From positions 56,978,001 through 57,042,000 of the forward strand of contig NC_043008.1 of the NCBI RefSeq assembly GCF_006345805.1: a stretch of 64,000 nt of DNA, in the 5' to 3' direction. This stretch comes from Octopus sinensis (lineage: Eukaryota). The position numbers were made by a program, and so were the translations under genes. Every line of letters starts with the position of its first letter. Within the stretch, counting starts at the first letter, position 1. The notes under the pieces were generated by a model. The model had not been told where the DNA came from and did not search any database. It saw nothing but the letters and a program-made list of their open reading frames with translations. Shown here in pieces: positions 13,358 to 26,821 of the stretch.

Positions 13358-13492
13358 TAGTCCCGGGTTGAGTCGGGGTAACCACAGTAACTAAGGTACT
13401 CAATACATAGCAGAGTAAATTAATTTATTTTATAGAAGGAGCTTCTACAGGACTAGAACTGTTTCATTCAAATGAAATCATCAGGAAGCGCA
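13358..13492 (-). mobile_element. 135-bp hammerhead-containing pLTR/retrozyme-like insertion in (TA)n
   Basis: A short non-microsatellite island between two (TA)n tracts, containing a complete hammerhead. Confidence 0.75.
13441..13489 (-). ncRNA. Type I hammerhead ribozyme
   Basis: GCTTC|CTGATGA|T-TTC-ATTT-GAA-T|GAAA|CAG-TTCTAGTC-CTG|TA|GAAGC. Stem I gcttc/gaagc, stem III acag/ctgt, GUA cleavage triplet. Confidence 0.85.
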
Positions 13493-13524
<32 letters not shown>

Positions 13525-13527
<3 letters not shown>

Positions 13528-15396
13528 GGCATGTATGTAGGCATGTATGCCTCCATGTAACTATTTATATATGGAAAGAAAATTGTAAGGTCGGATACGT
13601 GATAGAGCTGTATTCCTTTGAGTTTTTACTACATCACATTTTCTTTTACTGTTTCTTGTAATATCTCATACGGCCAAAGCAGATACACATATACATAGAC
13701 ATATGAATGTGTGTGTGTATGTTTGTGTGTGTGTGTGTGTACGTGTGCATGTCATTGCGCACGCGCGCGTGTCGTTGTTACTCAAGAAGGGAAATATCTT
13801 CGATATTATGTATTACAACAACCCTAGAGTGATTAATAAAGAAAGGTATGTAAATGCATGATCCTTGCACTAATGAAATGCAGTAAGAAGAGAGATCGTC
13901 TGTTTTTTTTATCGTTTTAGATTTTGTTGGCCGTTTTTCAGAGTTGCTGTACCTCAGTTACTTCCGAATAAATAACTGCTTATTAAGCAATTCAGAAACA
14001 GCTGTTAGATGGGATACAGTCTATGTATATGAATTAAAAAATGATAATGGATGTAAGTCAATTGTCGTTGATCAATATATCTCCATGTTCTGCTTACTTT
14101 AAATTTGATTCCTGATAAACACGTTTATCTTTGTCCTTACCTGTAACCAGTAGCATAATAGCTTGGAAATGTATGTCCAGGATTAACATAGGTAATTATA
14201 CCGTTAGTATAACGGATACTTTTATCCCTCAGACGGTTATTCCAAACTCTAACTCTACTAATCTTATATATAATTTTCATTCTACTGAATTTACTCACAA
14301 GCGTTTGCTCGGCACGAAGCCATAGTAGAAAGCACTTGCCCAATGTGTCACGCAGTGGAACTGAATAGCCACTTCCGCACCTACGTACATATTTAGAAAT
14401 TATAGTAGTCACAATTTTCCTTTGATGTAGGTGAGTCAGGTAGTTACTAAATTATCCACAAGGTGCTTGACTCGTGAAAGTTGTTAGTTATGTACCTGTT
14501 CCCTGTTACTTGTGTGATTTTGACGTTTTCTTTCGACCTCAAATAAGTGTCACTTGATTGATCCCCTTCATACTGATATACCAAGACATTACCGAGTCAA
14601 TGAAGGCCCCTCTATTTTATCGGTAGACATTGTAGATACAGCCATCGGTAGATATAGCCTCAGCATCTAAGTTTCCCGGAGAACACAATTCTATTTCAAA
14701 TTACAAAACTAAAAGCCTTTATTTTGAGAGTGTCGTCAAGTTTTTAAAAATCTATTATAACAGTGTAGAAACTCGTTTAATTAGACGGGGCTTACCTTAC
14801 AACGACAATAATGTAATTAAATGAGATATTTTGTACGTTATTTGCTGATCGCGTGGTTCATCTGACAATGAATACACACCATAATTAATTTACGATTTCA
14901 CATATATAGACTGTGGCATTAAAATCCATAATCATGACTATAAATTCAGATATATAGGAATATATGAGATGTTTCGTTTATTTAGTCATCTCTCCGTCAC
15001 CTGTCATTACATTAATCATATTCATAATCTATTTTGTCAGGTCTAAATCTCGCTATTTAATGACAGAAAAAATTTCAAAATTAAGTTATCCAAAAATGGT
15101 CGCTATTTATTATACAATTATTAATTAATTCCAGTATTTTCTTATGTGCTTATGCATCTCTAGGCACCCTTAATATTTCTCTATGTGTATGTCTGTGCGT
15201 GTTCTGTTAAATGATATATGTACGTGTATATGTTGATATGTGTGCGTGTTTGTGTGTGGTGTATATTGGCATGTGCGTCATTGCAACATTACATGTATAG
15301 CCTACACAATATCAAGTAATGACATATAATACAATGTATACAATATACATTATAAAACGCTACATATGATATATATATATAGATATATATAATATA

Positions 15397-15466
<70 letters not shown>

Positions 15467-17340
15467 TATATATAATATATATAGGCATGTATGTAGCATG
15501 TATGCCTCCATGTAAATATTTATATATGGAAAGAAAATTGTAAGGTCGGATACGTTGATAGAGCTGTATTCCTTTGAGTTTTTACTACATCACATTTTCT
15601 TTTACTGTTTCTTGTAATATCTCATACGGCCAAAGGCAGATACACATATACATAGACATATGAATGTGTGTGTGTATGTTTGTGTGTGTGTGTGCGTGTG
15701 CATGTCATTGCGCACGCGCGCGTGTCGTTGTTACTCAAGAAGGGAAATAATCTTCGATATTATGTATTACAACAACCCTAGAGTGATTAATAAAGAAAGG
15801 TATGTAAATGCATGATCCTTGCGCTAATGAAATGCAGTAAGAAAGAGAGATCGTCTGTTTTTTTATCGTTTTAGATTTTGTTGGCCGTTTTTCAGAGTTG
15901 CTGTACCTCAGTTACTTCCGAATAAATAACTGCTTATTAAGCAATTCAGAAACAGCTGTTAGATGGGATACAGTCTATGTATATTGAATTAAAAAATGAT
16001 AATGGATGTAAGTCAATTGTCGTTGATCAATATATCTCCATGTTCTGCTTACTTTAAATTTGATTCCTGATAAACACGTTTATCTTTGTCCTTACCTGTA
16101 ACCAGTAGCATAATATGCTTGGAAATGTATGTCCAGGATTAACATAGGTAATTATACCGTTAGTATAACGGATACTTTTATCCCTCAGACGGTTATTCCA
16201 AACTCTAACTCTACTAATCTTATATATAATTTTCATTCTACTGAATTTACTCACAAGCGTTTGCTCGGCACGAAGCCATAGTAGAAAGCACCTGCCCAAT
16301 GTGTCACGCAGTGGAACTGAATAGCCACTTCCGCACCTACGTACATATTTAGAAATTATAGTAGTCACAATTTTCCTTTGATGTAGGTGAGTCAGGTAGT
16401 TACTAAATTATCCACAAGGTGCTTGACTCGTGAAAGTTGTTAGTTATGTACCTGTTCCCTGTTACTTGTGTGACTTTGACGTTTTCTTTCGACCTCAAAT
16501 AAGTGTCACTTGATTGATCCCCTTCATACTGATATACCAAGACATTACCGAGTCAATGAAGGCCCCTCTATTTTATCGGTAGACATTGTAGATACAGCCA
16601 TCGGTAGATATAGCCTCAGCATCTAAGTTTCCCGGAGAACAACAATTCTATTTCAAATTACAAAACTAAAAGCCTTTATTTTGAGAGTGTCGTCAAAGTT
16701 TTTAAAAATCTATTATAACAGTGTAGAAACTCGTTTAATTAGACGGGGCTTACATTACAACGACAATAATGTAATTAAATGAGATATTTTGTACGTTATT
16801 TGCTGATCGCGTGGTTCATCTGACAATGAATACACAACATAATTAATTTACGATTTCACATAATATAGACTGTGGCATTAAAATCCATAATCATGACTAT
16901 AAATTCAGATATATAGGAATATATGAGATGTTTCGTTTATTTAGTCATCTCTCCGTCACCTGTCATTACATTAATCATATTCATAATCTATTTTGTCAGG
17001 TCTAAATCTCGCTATTTAATGACAGGAAAATATTTCAAAATTAAGTTATCCAAAAATGGTCGTTATTTATTATACAATTATTAATTAATTCCAGTATTTT
17101 CTTATTTGCTTATGCATCTCTAGGCACCCTTAATATTTCTCTATGTGTATGTCTGTGCGTGTTCTGTTAAATGATATATGTACGTGTATATGTTGAATAT
17201 GTGTGCGTGTTTGTGTGTTGGTGTATATTGGCATGTGCGTCATTGCAACATTACATGTATAGCCTACACAATATCAAGTAATGACATATAATACAATGTA
17301 TACAATATACATTATAAAATGCTACATATGATATATATAT
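13525..17340 (+). repeat. About 1.85-kb tandem duplication (copies about 13525-15372 and 15481-17340) separated by (TA)n
   Basis: The copies are near-identical; differences are mostly single-base indels plus roughly 8 substitutions. Confidence 0.95.
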
Positions 17341-18475
17341 AGAGAGAGAGAGAGTAAGAGACAGAGTTGTAATGTGCAGCCTGCATAACATTATATAAAA
17401 TTATGCAGCAATATTTATGTATATATGCTTACAGAGAACCCACAAAGAATCGAAACATTTCAAAGCAAAGCACGCCACAAATTGCTTAGACGGAATGACG
17501 CAGAACATAGTTATTAGTTAATTAATCCATTTTTATAGCATAGAATGCGTCGATGAAGGGATGCTCACAGTTCTTAGATAATCCATAACTCCAATAGTAT
17601 CCAAAAATTGGCCAACGATAAAAATTTAAGCGTGACGTAAAAACAATAAAGACGAAAGTTATTATCTGGTATTGATAGAATTGATTCGTTAAGGTTCTTT
17701 ATTGTGGCATAAGCATAGTGAATGTTTGCTGACTAATGCTAATATTTTATTAATTATTAATAATTAATCAGAGCTCTTTCATCAAGATTAATTAATTGAC
17801 TGAATATGTAACACTAGAATTTATTAACCAGGCAATTCATTCAGGTAATTTCCAAAGGAAATTATACTGTAAATCGTTTTTTTTTTTTTCTGAATAGGGT
17901 CAACGACTGGTCGTTGAGCCTATGTTCATATAGTAAAATATCATGTTTCGCGCCTGCTATTGGCCGGTATGCAAGCATGTTCTGCCACTACTAGCTCTGA
18001 TGAACGAGGTAACTAAGTTTAATGATATCGTTGGAATAGAAACGTTTTTAACTGCTGTTGAATTTTCAACATCACTTTGCAGCCTATTCTCGTTGAGTGA
18101 CAGGCTGAAGTCCCGCCCACTTCACATTTCTTAGATATTGTAACTCTGATTTTGAGAATACTAACTTCACTTGATGATCTGTTGATTACTCAACTTGCCA
18201 TTGCTCGCTTCTTTATTTGGTTCACCTGATGAGTTGAGAGTCGCATAACATATAACATAATCTTGTGGATATTCTGCATATTGCACATCTACATATATAC
18301 TATGCTTATGTCATAGCAAATACCTTTGACAAAACACTTGTAACCATACCAGATAACCCACTGGTCTGTTCGTATCTATGTGTGTGCGTGCGTGCGTGTG
18401 TATGACCTATATATATAATCAGGGCTAATTCAGTTATTTCTCCGTAGATTGGAAAATATAGTGAACAAACTAAAT

Positions 18476-18890
18476 GGCGCAGGAGTGGCTGTGTGATAAG
18501 TAGCTTGTTTACCAACCACATGTTTCCGGGTTCAGTCCCACTGCGTGGCACCTTGGGCAAGTGTCTTCTACTATAGCCTCGGGCCGACCAAAGCCTTGTG
18601 AGTGGATTTGATAGACGGAAACTGAAAAGAAGCCCGTCGTATATATGTATATATATATACATGCGTGTGTGTGTTTGTGTGTCTGTGTTTGTCCCACTAG
18701 CATTGCTTGACAACCGATGCTGGTGTGTTTATGTCCCCGTTACTTAACAGTTCGGCAAAAGAGACCGATAGAATAAGTACTGGGCTTACAAAAGAATAAG
18801 TCCCGGGGTCGAGTTGTTGCTCGATTAAAGGCGGTGCTCCAGCATGGCCGCAGTCAAATGACTGAAACAAGTAAAAGAGTAAAGAGTAAA
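18476..18890 (+). mobile_element. SINE family B, full-length reference-quality copy
   Basis: ggcgcaggagtggctgtgtgataagtagc (A box), ccgggttcagtccc (B box), accttgggcaagtgtcttct, internal (TA)/(TG)n and a gtaaaagagtaaagag tail. Confidence 0.92.
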
Positions 18891-19117
18891 CGTAATCGAT
18901 TTTCAAAATTTATTGGATTCTCGTCAGAGGCGTCTACATCAGTATCACCAATCCATGAGAAACAAGCTACTAATCTATTTATATACTCAACAATTACAAT
19001 AGCTACATAAAATGATGACACTAATTTGCATATTGTAACTGTTAACACTTTATTCAATATCTGTGGTCTCAGAAAAGGTATGATTTAATATATGTAATCT
19101 ATACAGTAGATCTATAA

Positions 19118-19870
19118 GCATTCTATCAAATCCACTCAAATGGTTTTGATCGGCCCATGGATATAGTAAAATACACTTGCCCAAGGTAACACATAGTGGA
19201 ACTGAACCCGGAACCATATGTTTGGGAAGCAAACTTCGTATTTGTTTACTGCCCACAGGGAGCTACACACAGAGGGGTGGGGGTAAACAAGGATAGACAA
19301 ACGGATTAAGTCGATTATATCGACCCCAATGCGTAACTGGTACTTATTTAATCGACCCCGAAAGGATGAAAGGCAAAGTCGACCTCGGCGGAATTTGAAC
19401 TCAGAACGTAGCGGCAGACTAAATACCTGTTTCTTTACTACTCACAAGGGGCTAAACACAGAGGGGACAAACAAGGACAGACAATCGGATTAAGTCGATT
19501 ATATCGACCCCATTCCGTAACTGGTACTTATTTAATCGACTCCGAAAGGATGAAAGGCAAAGTCGACCTCGGCGGAATTTGAACTCAGAACGTAGCGGCA
19601 GACTAAATACCTGTTTCTTTACTACTCACAAGGGGCTAAACACAGAGGGGACAAACAAGGACAGACAATCGGATTAAGTCGATTATATCGACCCCATTCC
19701 GTAACTGGTACTTATTTAATCGACTCCGAAAGGATGAAAGGCAAAGTCGACCTCGGCGGAATTTGAACTCAGAACGTAGCGGCAGACGAAATACCGCTAA
19801 GCATTTCACCCGGCGTGCCAACGTTTCTGCCAGCTCACCGCAAACTTCTTAACACAGAGCCACGAGTCTT
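19118..19870 (-). mobile_element. SINE family B fragment interrupted by the SINE A trimer
   Basis: Host sequence ggaagcaaacttc...aaacttcttaacacagagccacg continues across the insertion. Confidence 0.75.
19238..19841 (-). mobile_element. Head-to-tail trimer of SINE family A (184-bp period), flanked by one AAACTTC target-site duplication
   Basis: gaactcagaa recurs at 19397, 19581 and 19765. AAACTTC is at 19231-19237 and 19842-19848. Only the rightmost unit has the full 5' head. Confidence 0.9.
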
Positions 19871-20677
19871 ACTGACAATAATCAAAAATTGAATATTAAC
19901 CATGGGTCATTTGAATTAGCTTTGTTTATTTTATTTTATTTTATTTTGTTTTGTTTTTTTTTCAGATAAAGTCTGACCGGTACGACATTTATCCAATATG
20001 TACAGGGTATAGATTGAAGATTTTCATGCTGTTTCTAACAGGTCGAGTGCAAATACGATATCTTCTCAACTCAAAGACACATCATTCACCCTTTTGACCT
20101 ACCACTACGAAGGCCATTACACGATAAGATAATATTTGAATTAAGCTGAAGAAAAAGTCATTACTAAATTTGTCTAGAAGATCTTTATATCAATAACATT
20201 ATCCACGGATTATATTTGACAGATAATAATGACTTACGTATCAAGTAGTTTTGGGCGAACGACTAACTGAAAAGTATAACATGAAAAAAAAAAACCAGCT
20301 GTATATTTCCAATATCAAAAGAGAATATGGTGTGCTTAATGAGTTAACAAATGATATAGACGCCATTTTAAGAGTGGTGTTTCATGAAAAGTAGTTTATC
20401 CGCGCTCACCGACTTAATCATGATTGATCATGGTTGAAGTTATTTAGATGTAAGTCTGACAAGCAAAACACATAACCTAATTTCAAGGAAATCAAAACTG
20501 ATACCGAGAAAATTAGTTTGAGTTCGTTATGAATTAAGTTTCGAAAGAAGTTCATCAAGGATTATATACAAACTACCAAAAACAACAAGACATCCATATG
20601 TATGTATGTACGTATGCATGCATATATGTGTGTGTGTGTGTGTGTGTGTCTGTCTGTCTGTCTGTGTATATATATAT

Positions 20678-20708
<31 letters not shown>

Positions 20709-20753
20709 AGAGAGATGTATAAATATATGTGCATATATGTATATATATTTATA

Positions 20754-20801
<48 letters not shown>

Positions 20802-21491
20802 CGCACAGACACAAGTATATATATATGTATGTGTTGAGGTTTGCTTTATAGATATTTATTTGAATTTATATAATTTGACATTATTTGAATGATTTAGTAT
20901 TTATGAGGGAAATGTTAACAGTGACTAGAAACGTTTCGGCTTACACGCTTTCACCATACTGTAGAAGAATATATATGAGTGTTTGTGTGTGTGTGTATGT
21001 GTGTGTGTGTGTTCACATACATATGTGCATGTGCATACATGTATATGCATATTTAGATATATGTGTGTGCCTCGTCGCACGCGTGTGCGTATGAAGCTGT
21101 GATCGAGGATTTCGTTAACGGCTTTTCACAGCTTTAATTCCCGTATGAAACAATTAACTCCTATACTGGTTAACGTTACCAATCTTTCTTTTCAAATATT
21201 TATGAGTAGCGTGTATGTATAATCTGAACACCACGAACAGGGAATGTTCTTAAAATGTTCTCTGTTGTTCTAAATTAACTATAACCTCCATGACAATGGT
21301 TGTCTATGAGGCAGCTTGGCTGCACCGATTGCAATAGTGTCGGCTGAATATACGGTTCGGCGTCTATTTACGTCAACGCTTTAAAGGAAGCGCTGTTTAT
21401 TTATGTAAACTGAATATGAAGGTATACAATCCTTGGAATATATCCTCTTCTAGTGGAGATGAGGTTGATTAATATTGGTTTATTAATATAT

Positions 21492-21705
21492 ATTTCTTTA
21501 CTACCCACATGGGGCTAAACACAGATGGTACGAACAAGGACAGACACACGGAGTAAGTCGATTATATCGACCCCAGTGTGTAACTGGTACTTATTTAATC
21601 GACCCCGAAAGGATGAAAGGCAAAGTCGACCTCGGCGGAATTTGAACCCAGAACGTAACGGCATACGAAATACGGCTACGCATTTCACCTGGTGTGCTAA
21701 TGTTA
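21492..21705 (-). mobile_element. SINE family A
   Basis: Matches the 37748-37980 copy; missing the first ~17 nt. Confidence 0.9.
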
Positions 21706-21731
21706 ACCTTTTGGTTAATTAATATAGTTAA

Positions 21732-21940
21732 GGCGGTGAGATGGCAGAATCGTTAGCACGCCGGGGAAAATGCTAGTAGCATTTTGTCCGTTTGTACGTT
21801 CTGAGTTCAACTGTCGCCGAGATCGACTTTACCTATCATCCTTTCGGAGTCGATAAAATAAGTATCAGTCGAGCAAAGAGACCTTATAATCGGTCTACCC
21901 ACTGACACGAAATTGCTGGCGTTGTCCCAAAATTTGAATC
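21732..21940 (+). mobile_element. SINE family A, older subfamily with aaatttgaa tail
   Basis: ggcggtgagatggcagaatcgttagcacgccgg head and atcatcctttcggagtcgataaaataagt central domain. Confidence 0.8.
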
Positions 21941-23239
21941 TAATATTGATACTAGTTTATACATTGCTGATATTTGTAAATCCACTGGTTAAAAATACTG
22001 TCGAATGTCCTAATTTTTAAATTACTACACTCTTCTGTTATATCTTTGTGGATGAGTAAATTTATCTTTAAAGCAATGGAAATTTTGAGTATCGTTTCTG
22101 TTTCTCTGAAATGCAATATATTTTCTTCGACATGTACATTTATCCTGTGTGATATTATGGCAATTAAACTTTTGAAGGTTATAGGAATGAATGCCATGGG
22201 TGGTGAAAAGTTTTAACGTTTGATGTTTCTTTGGTGTTGAGGATTAAAAGTAGATTTCATTTGAGTGAACCATTCAATATCTTATTAAACATCTCCGTTG
22301 GCAATGAACGATCGAAGTACTACACTTTAAAATAAGCCTTAAATTCGATTTCTTCAACTAAACCCTTCCAGGCGATGCCCCAGCATGACCATAGTCCAAA
22401 GACTGAAAAAAGTAAAGGAATAAATGATTTTTTAAAAAATATTACACCTGAATTGTTTTGATTCTAAATAGCCTCCCAGATGCTGTGTTTGTTATTGTAA
22501 ACAATCACGTCCGTGGTGATTCCTTCGCTGGGTACATTATTCTTTCCCAGTTCTCGTTTCGTTCTCTTCGTGTTTTTATCGAGTTCTTGATAGAATCACT
22601 TTCAACTAGAGTCGACCTGCTTGTTATTCATTAATGAACTGTTATTGATTTTCATAACAACGAGATTCTAGTGAGTTAAAGAGCATCTCTTGTTCCGAAC
22701 ACTCATTAATTTCAGTTAACTCTTTCTATTATTATTATTATTATTGTAATTCTGAAGTATTCTTCAATGATATCATTTCATTACGATGTCAAGTGTGTGT
22801 GAGTGTGTGCATGCGCGTACACGTGCGAGAATGCAGGTTTTCAAAGGGCAGTGAAATTTTTTTTTCATTTTTCCTCATTTTGTATTTCCTCTGTTTACTT
22901 GTCTTACATGCTGCGTGGTTGGCTTTTGATGTTCCTATTTGTGTAGATTTGTGTAGAGCTTATGGAGAGTCAAGTTTATTTTGTAACTGCACTAGTTGCG
23001 GTGTATAAGAATACGAGTGTGTTTATTTTTGTAAATGTATGTATAATTTTCTTTAACTTGATTTTAATGCTTGTGTTCGTTTTCAGGAAATCTATGATTA
23101 TTGTTATTTTATCGTAGAGTTTTATGCCTAGGCTCGTTTTTCATTTGTCTATAACAAGATCTAGTGTACTTAATGCTTCCTTTATACCCACCGTCAAATC
23201 GTCCATTTTATTATTTCTCCTTATGAAGGAGGAAAACCT

Positions 23240-23420
23240 GAGAATCGTTACTGCGCCGGACGAAATGCTTGGTGGCATTCCTTCCGTTTTTACGTTCCGC
23301 GTTCAAATGTTACCGAGGTCGACTTCGCTATTTAACTCTTTGAGGTCGATAAAATAAATACCGGCTGAACGCGATGATCAATGTACTTGACAAGCCCTCC
23401 CATAAAACTTCAGCCTATAG
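23240..23420 (+). mobile_element. Degenerate SINE family A
   Basis: gaatcgttactgcgccggacgaaatgc...gaggtcgac...gaggtcgataaaataaatacc. Confidence 0.65.
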
Positions 23421-23607
23421 CTGAAAGAATTATTTCTGGAATTGCTTATCTTAAATCTTTTCATATATTTCCATTCATTCCTATCGGTGATTCGCCACTG
23501 GGGTCTGTATGGCCCTTGGGGGATTTTGTCGTTAGAATTTATCGGCAATGCACAAACTATTTTAACCCATTGTTAAATGCAATTCCTAATATTTAATTAT
23601 TAAAATA

Positions 23608-23966
23608 TTCTTATATTTGTTTCAGTCATACTGGAGCACTGCCTTTAGTCGAACAAATCGACCCCAGGACTTTTTCTTTGTAAGCCTAGTACTTATTCTA
23701 GCGGTCTTTTGCCGAACCGCTATGTTACGGGGACGTAAGCACACCAACATCGGTTGACAGGTGATGGTAGGGGAATAAACAGACACACAAACATATATAT
23801 ATCCGATGGGCTTCTTTCAGTTTCCGTCTACCAAATCCACTCGCAAGGCTCTGGTTGGCCCGAAGCTGTTGTAGAAGACATTTGCGTAAGGCGTCACGCA
23901 GTGAGCCTGAACCCGGAACCATGTGATTGGTAAGCAAGCTATTCACCACACAGCCACTCCTGCGCC
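23608..23966 (-). mobile_element. SINE family B
   Basis: Head, core and tail match the family. Confidence 0.88.
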
Positions 23967-24212
23967 TAGAATAGGATTGTTTAAACAACGAATGCCTAGG
24001 GAGGTCCAGCCGATTAAAACAGGAATCAAAGACGCCCATAGGTTAAAAAATGGTTGAGAAGCGCTGATTTTATTATTACTTGTATTTTCAACTCCGTCAT
24101 TTGTCCATCACTGCTGGAAAGGTTTACGGGCGTTTTGTTGCATTCGGTTTCATCATTTTGGTTTGCATTTATATTCTATTCGTTGTTTACATTCTCAGCG
24201 ATATTCTAGTTA

Positions 24213-24319
24213 TTTTTTCCGTTCGCAACTAAAATATTCCTTATTTACCTTCTCAGGCTTTTTTTTCCGTTCGCAACTAAAATATTCCTTATTTACCTTC
24301 TCAGGCTTTTTTTTCCGTT
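24213..24319 (+). repeat. 48-bp tandem repeat, about 2.2 copies
   Basis: Unit ttttttccgttcgcaactaaaatattccttatttaccttctcaggctt is repeated exactly. Confidence 0.9.
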
Positions 24320-25416
24320 TGGAAAAGATAAACGACATTTACATGTCGTTTATCTTTCATATTTCTTTCATTTTACAAATGTGTCTTCCCAAGGAATCTA
24401 TTATAATACAAAGCTTACATTTCTATCGGCGCTCTCTTCATTTCAAACTGTCTGCATATTGTAATATGCATACATAAACAATAATTACACGTATTTCTGT
24501 TGTATCCATTTATACATCTTTTAGTTATATTAACAAGATTTTTTTAAAGATGAAGCATAGTAGCTCGTTGTATAGATTTGTATAATATTCGTGGATTACT
24601 TGGTTGATCCTCTTTTATGTCACTCCTTGAAACCCAATGAAATCTATCTCCTTCATCATACCCACTGTCTTCGAAAAACGTAGACTAATGCAGACTGAGA
24701 AATCTTAGGCAAACTTAGAAATCTTCAAAATGACTAGAATACTTTCATTCACTAGTTTTCTCAACAATTGCATAACAAAATTGAAAATTTGGCGTATTCT
24801 CTCAACGGCTACACTTTAGGCGAAATGATATTAATAATTTCGCACTTATAAAAATAAATAATTTCTTCCGTGCATTTCTTTGTCTAGGTACTTTACCACA
24901 GTCAGGCACTCTTTTACACATGAGACAGACGCATGTGTCGTGTAACACAATTATGGATTACCCGAGTGTGAAAAAAATCAAATGAAATTAACTAACACGA
25001 AAGCGACTTTCACAACGAACGAAAGACGTTACGTATGTGTTAAATTAAATCATGCCAGTACCAGTCATTACTGCTTAAAAGTATCATTTGATGAAAAGCC
25101 AGAGACTTAATTGGTTTGGGAATTCTATTTGTATTAATAATAGATATTTGCAATACTTTAGCATCGGTTCGCTTCTTCGCAATAAAAGATCTGATATACA
25201 ATAATTTAGAAAGCAATGCCGTTGCTATTATCTTGCGAAAGTTTCCTTATAGTTTTCATGAAGCTTCGTATTATCACGTAGAAAGCTGGTTGGTGGTCGC
25301 GGACTGAATCTAACAGAAGTTCTTTCCTTTTAATTTAGACTACGTATATCATTTGAACAGATAATAGACGACTGTGAAATACGTAATAAGAATAACACGT
25401 GAAAAGAAAAAAAGGA

Positions 25417-25452
25417 AATGATAATAACGATGATGATGATGTTGATGATAAC

Positions 25453-25503
<51 letters not shown>

Positions 25504-25717
25504 GGTTGTGGTGGTGGTGGTGATGATGATGATGATGATGGTGATGGTGGTGGTGGTGATGGTGGTGGTGGTGATGGTGGTGGTGGTGATGCTGATGCTG
25601 ATGGTGATGATGATGATGATGATGACGACGACGACGGTGATGATGATGATGATGACGACGACGACGACGACGGTGATGATAATGATGATGAAGATGATGA
25701 TGATGATGATGATGATG
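25417..25717. repeat. Compound (GAT)n/(GGT)n/(GAC)n trinucleotide microsatellite
   Basis: Direct runs; the source of the poly-D/G, poly-M/V and poly-I/T ORFs. Confidence 0.95.
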
Positions 25718-26236
25718 TTTGCTTTACTATCCACTAAGGGTTTACAAGGTGTCGAGGACGGTAAGGAGGACACAATACAATAGGATATGATGTGATAAGA
25801 TCTGCGGTTTCATGAAGGCTTGTACAGAGTGAACATTTAAAAAAACAAAAAAAGCAAAAATTCAAACGGGAAGATTCTCCAAAAGTGGGGAGTCATCCAA
25901 GTGTTGATCGAAATAACCCTCACAAAACCACAGTCGAGATAACCACTGGGGTAAGTGCCCAGTCGTCATCTCTAGGCGCATACTTAGCACAGAACAGTTC
26001 CCTTGGGCAATCGTTACCACAACAAATTTCAACAAATTTTCTGGAACGCAGCAATATGTTGTTTTTGTTCTTCTTCATTTGGAGGTTTCATTACTGTTTT
26101 TCTTGCTGCTGTATATGATGTGTTGGCCTTTGATGTTAGTTTATTTTCGGTTGTCTTGGCTGCTGATGCTACCACAGTGTGCTGGTGTAGATGTTACAGT
26201 CACTGGTATCTCTGAAGGTCGAAATTGATGATATAC

Positions 26237-26280
<44 letters not shown>

Positions 26281-26282
<2 letters not shown>

Positions 26283-26697
26283 CTCTTTACTCTTTTACTT
26301 GTTTCAGTCATTTTGAGTGCGGCCATGCTGGAGCACCGCCTTCAGTCGAGCAAATCGACCCCGGGACTTATTCTTTGTAAGCCCAGTGCTTATTCTATCG
26401 GTCTCTTTTGCCGAACCGCTAGGTGACGGGGACGTAAACACACTAGCATCGGTTGTCAAGCAATGCTAGGGGGACAAACACAGACACACAAACATGCACA
26501 CACACACACACATATATATATATATACATATATACGACAGGCTTCTTTCAGTTTCCGTCTACCAAATCCACTCACAAGGCTTTGGTCGGCCCGAGGCTAT
26601 AGCAGAAGACACTTGCCCAAGATGCCACGCAGTGGGACTGAACCCGGAACCATGTGGTTGGTTAGCAAGCTACTTACCACACAACCACTCCTGCGCC
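26281..26697 (-). mobile_element. SINE family B, full length, inserted in (TA)n
   Basis: Near-identical to the 18476-18890 copy. Confidence 0.92.
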
Positions 26698-26710
26698 TAT
26701 ACATATATAT

Positions 26711-26789
<79 letters not shown>

Positions 26790-26821
26790 TATATTATATA
26801 TATATATATATATATTATATA

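Noticed and set aside
17990-18055. CTGATGA...GAAACGTT hammerhead-like string
   Set aside because: There is no stem I pairing, and 7 extra nucleotides lie between stem II and GAAA.
18889-18935. Minus-strand CTGACGA...GAAA with palindromic AATCGATT
   Set aside because: Stem I cannot form next to the core; it may be a chance match or a decayed copy.
19238-19841. Regularly spaced repeats resembling a CRISPR-like array
   Set aside because: These are whole-unit tandem SINE copies with no unique spacers, in a eukaryotic context.
25330-25783. Poly-D/G, poly-M/V and poly-I/T ORFs
   Set aside because: Trinucleotide microsatellite open in several frames, with no splice or coding context.
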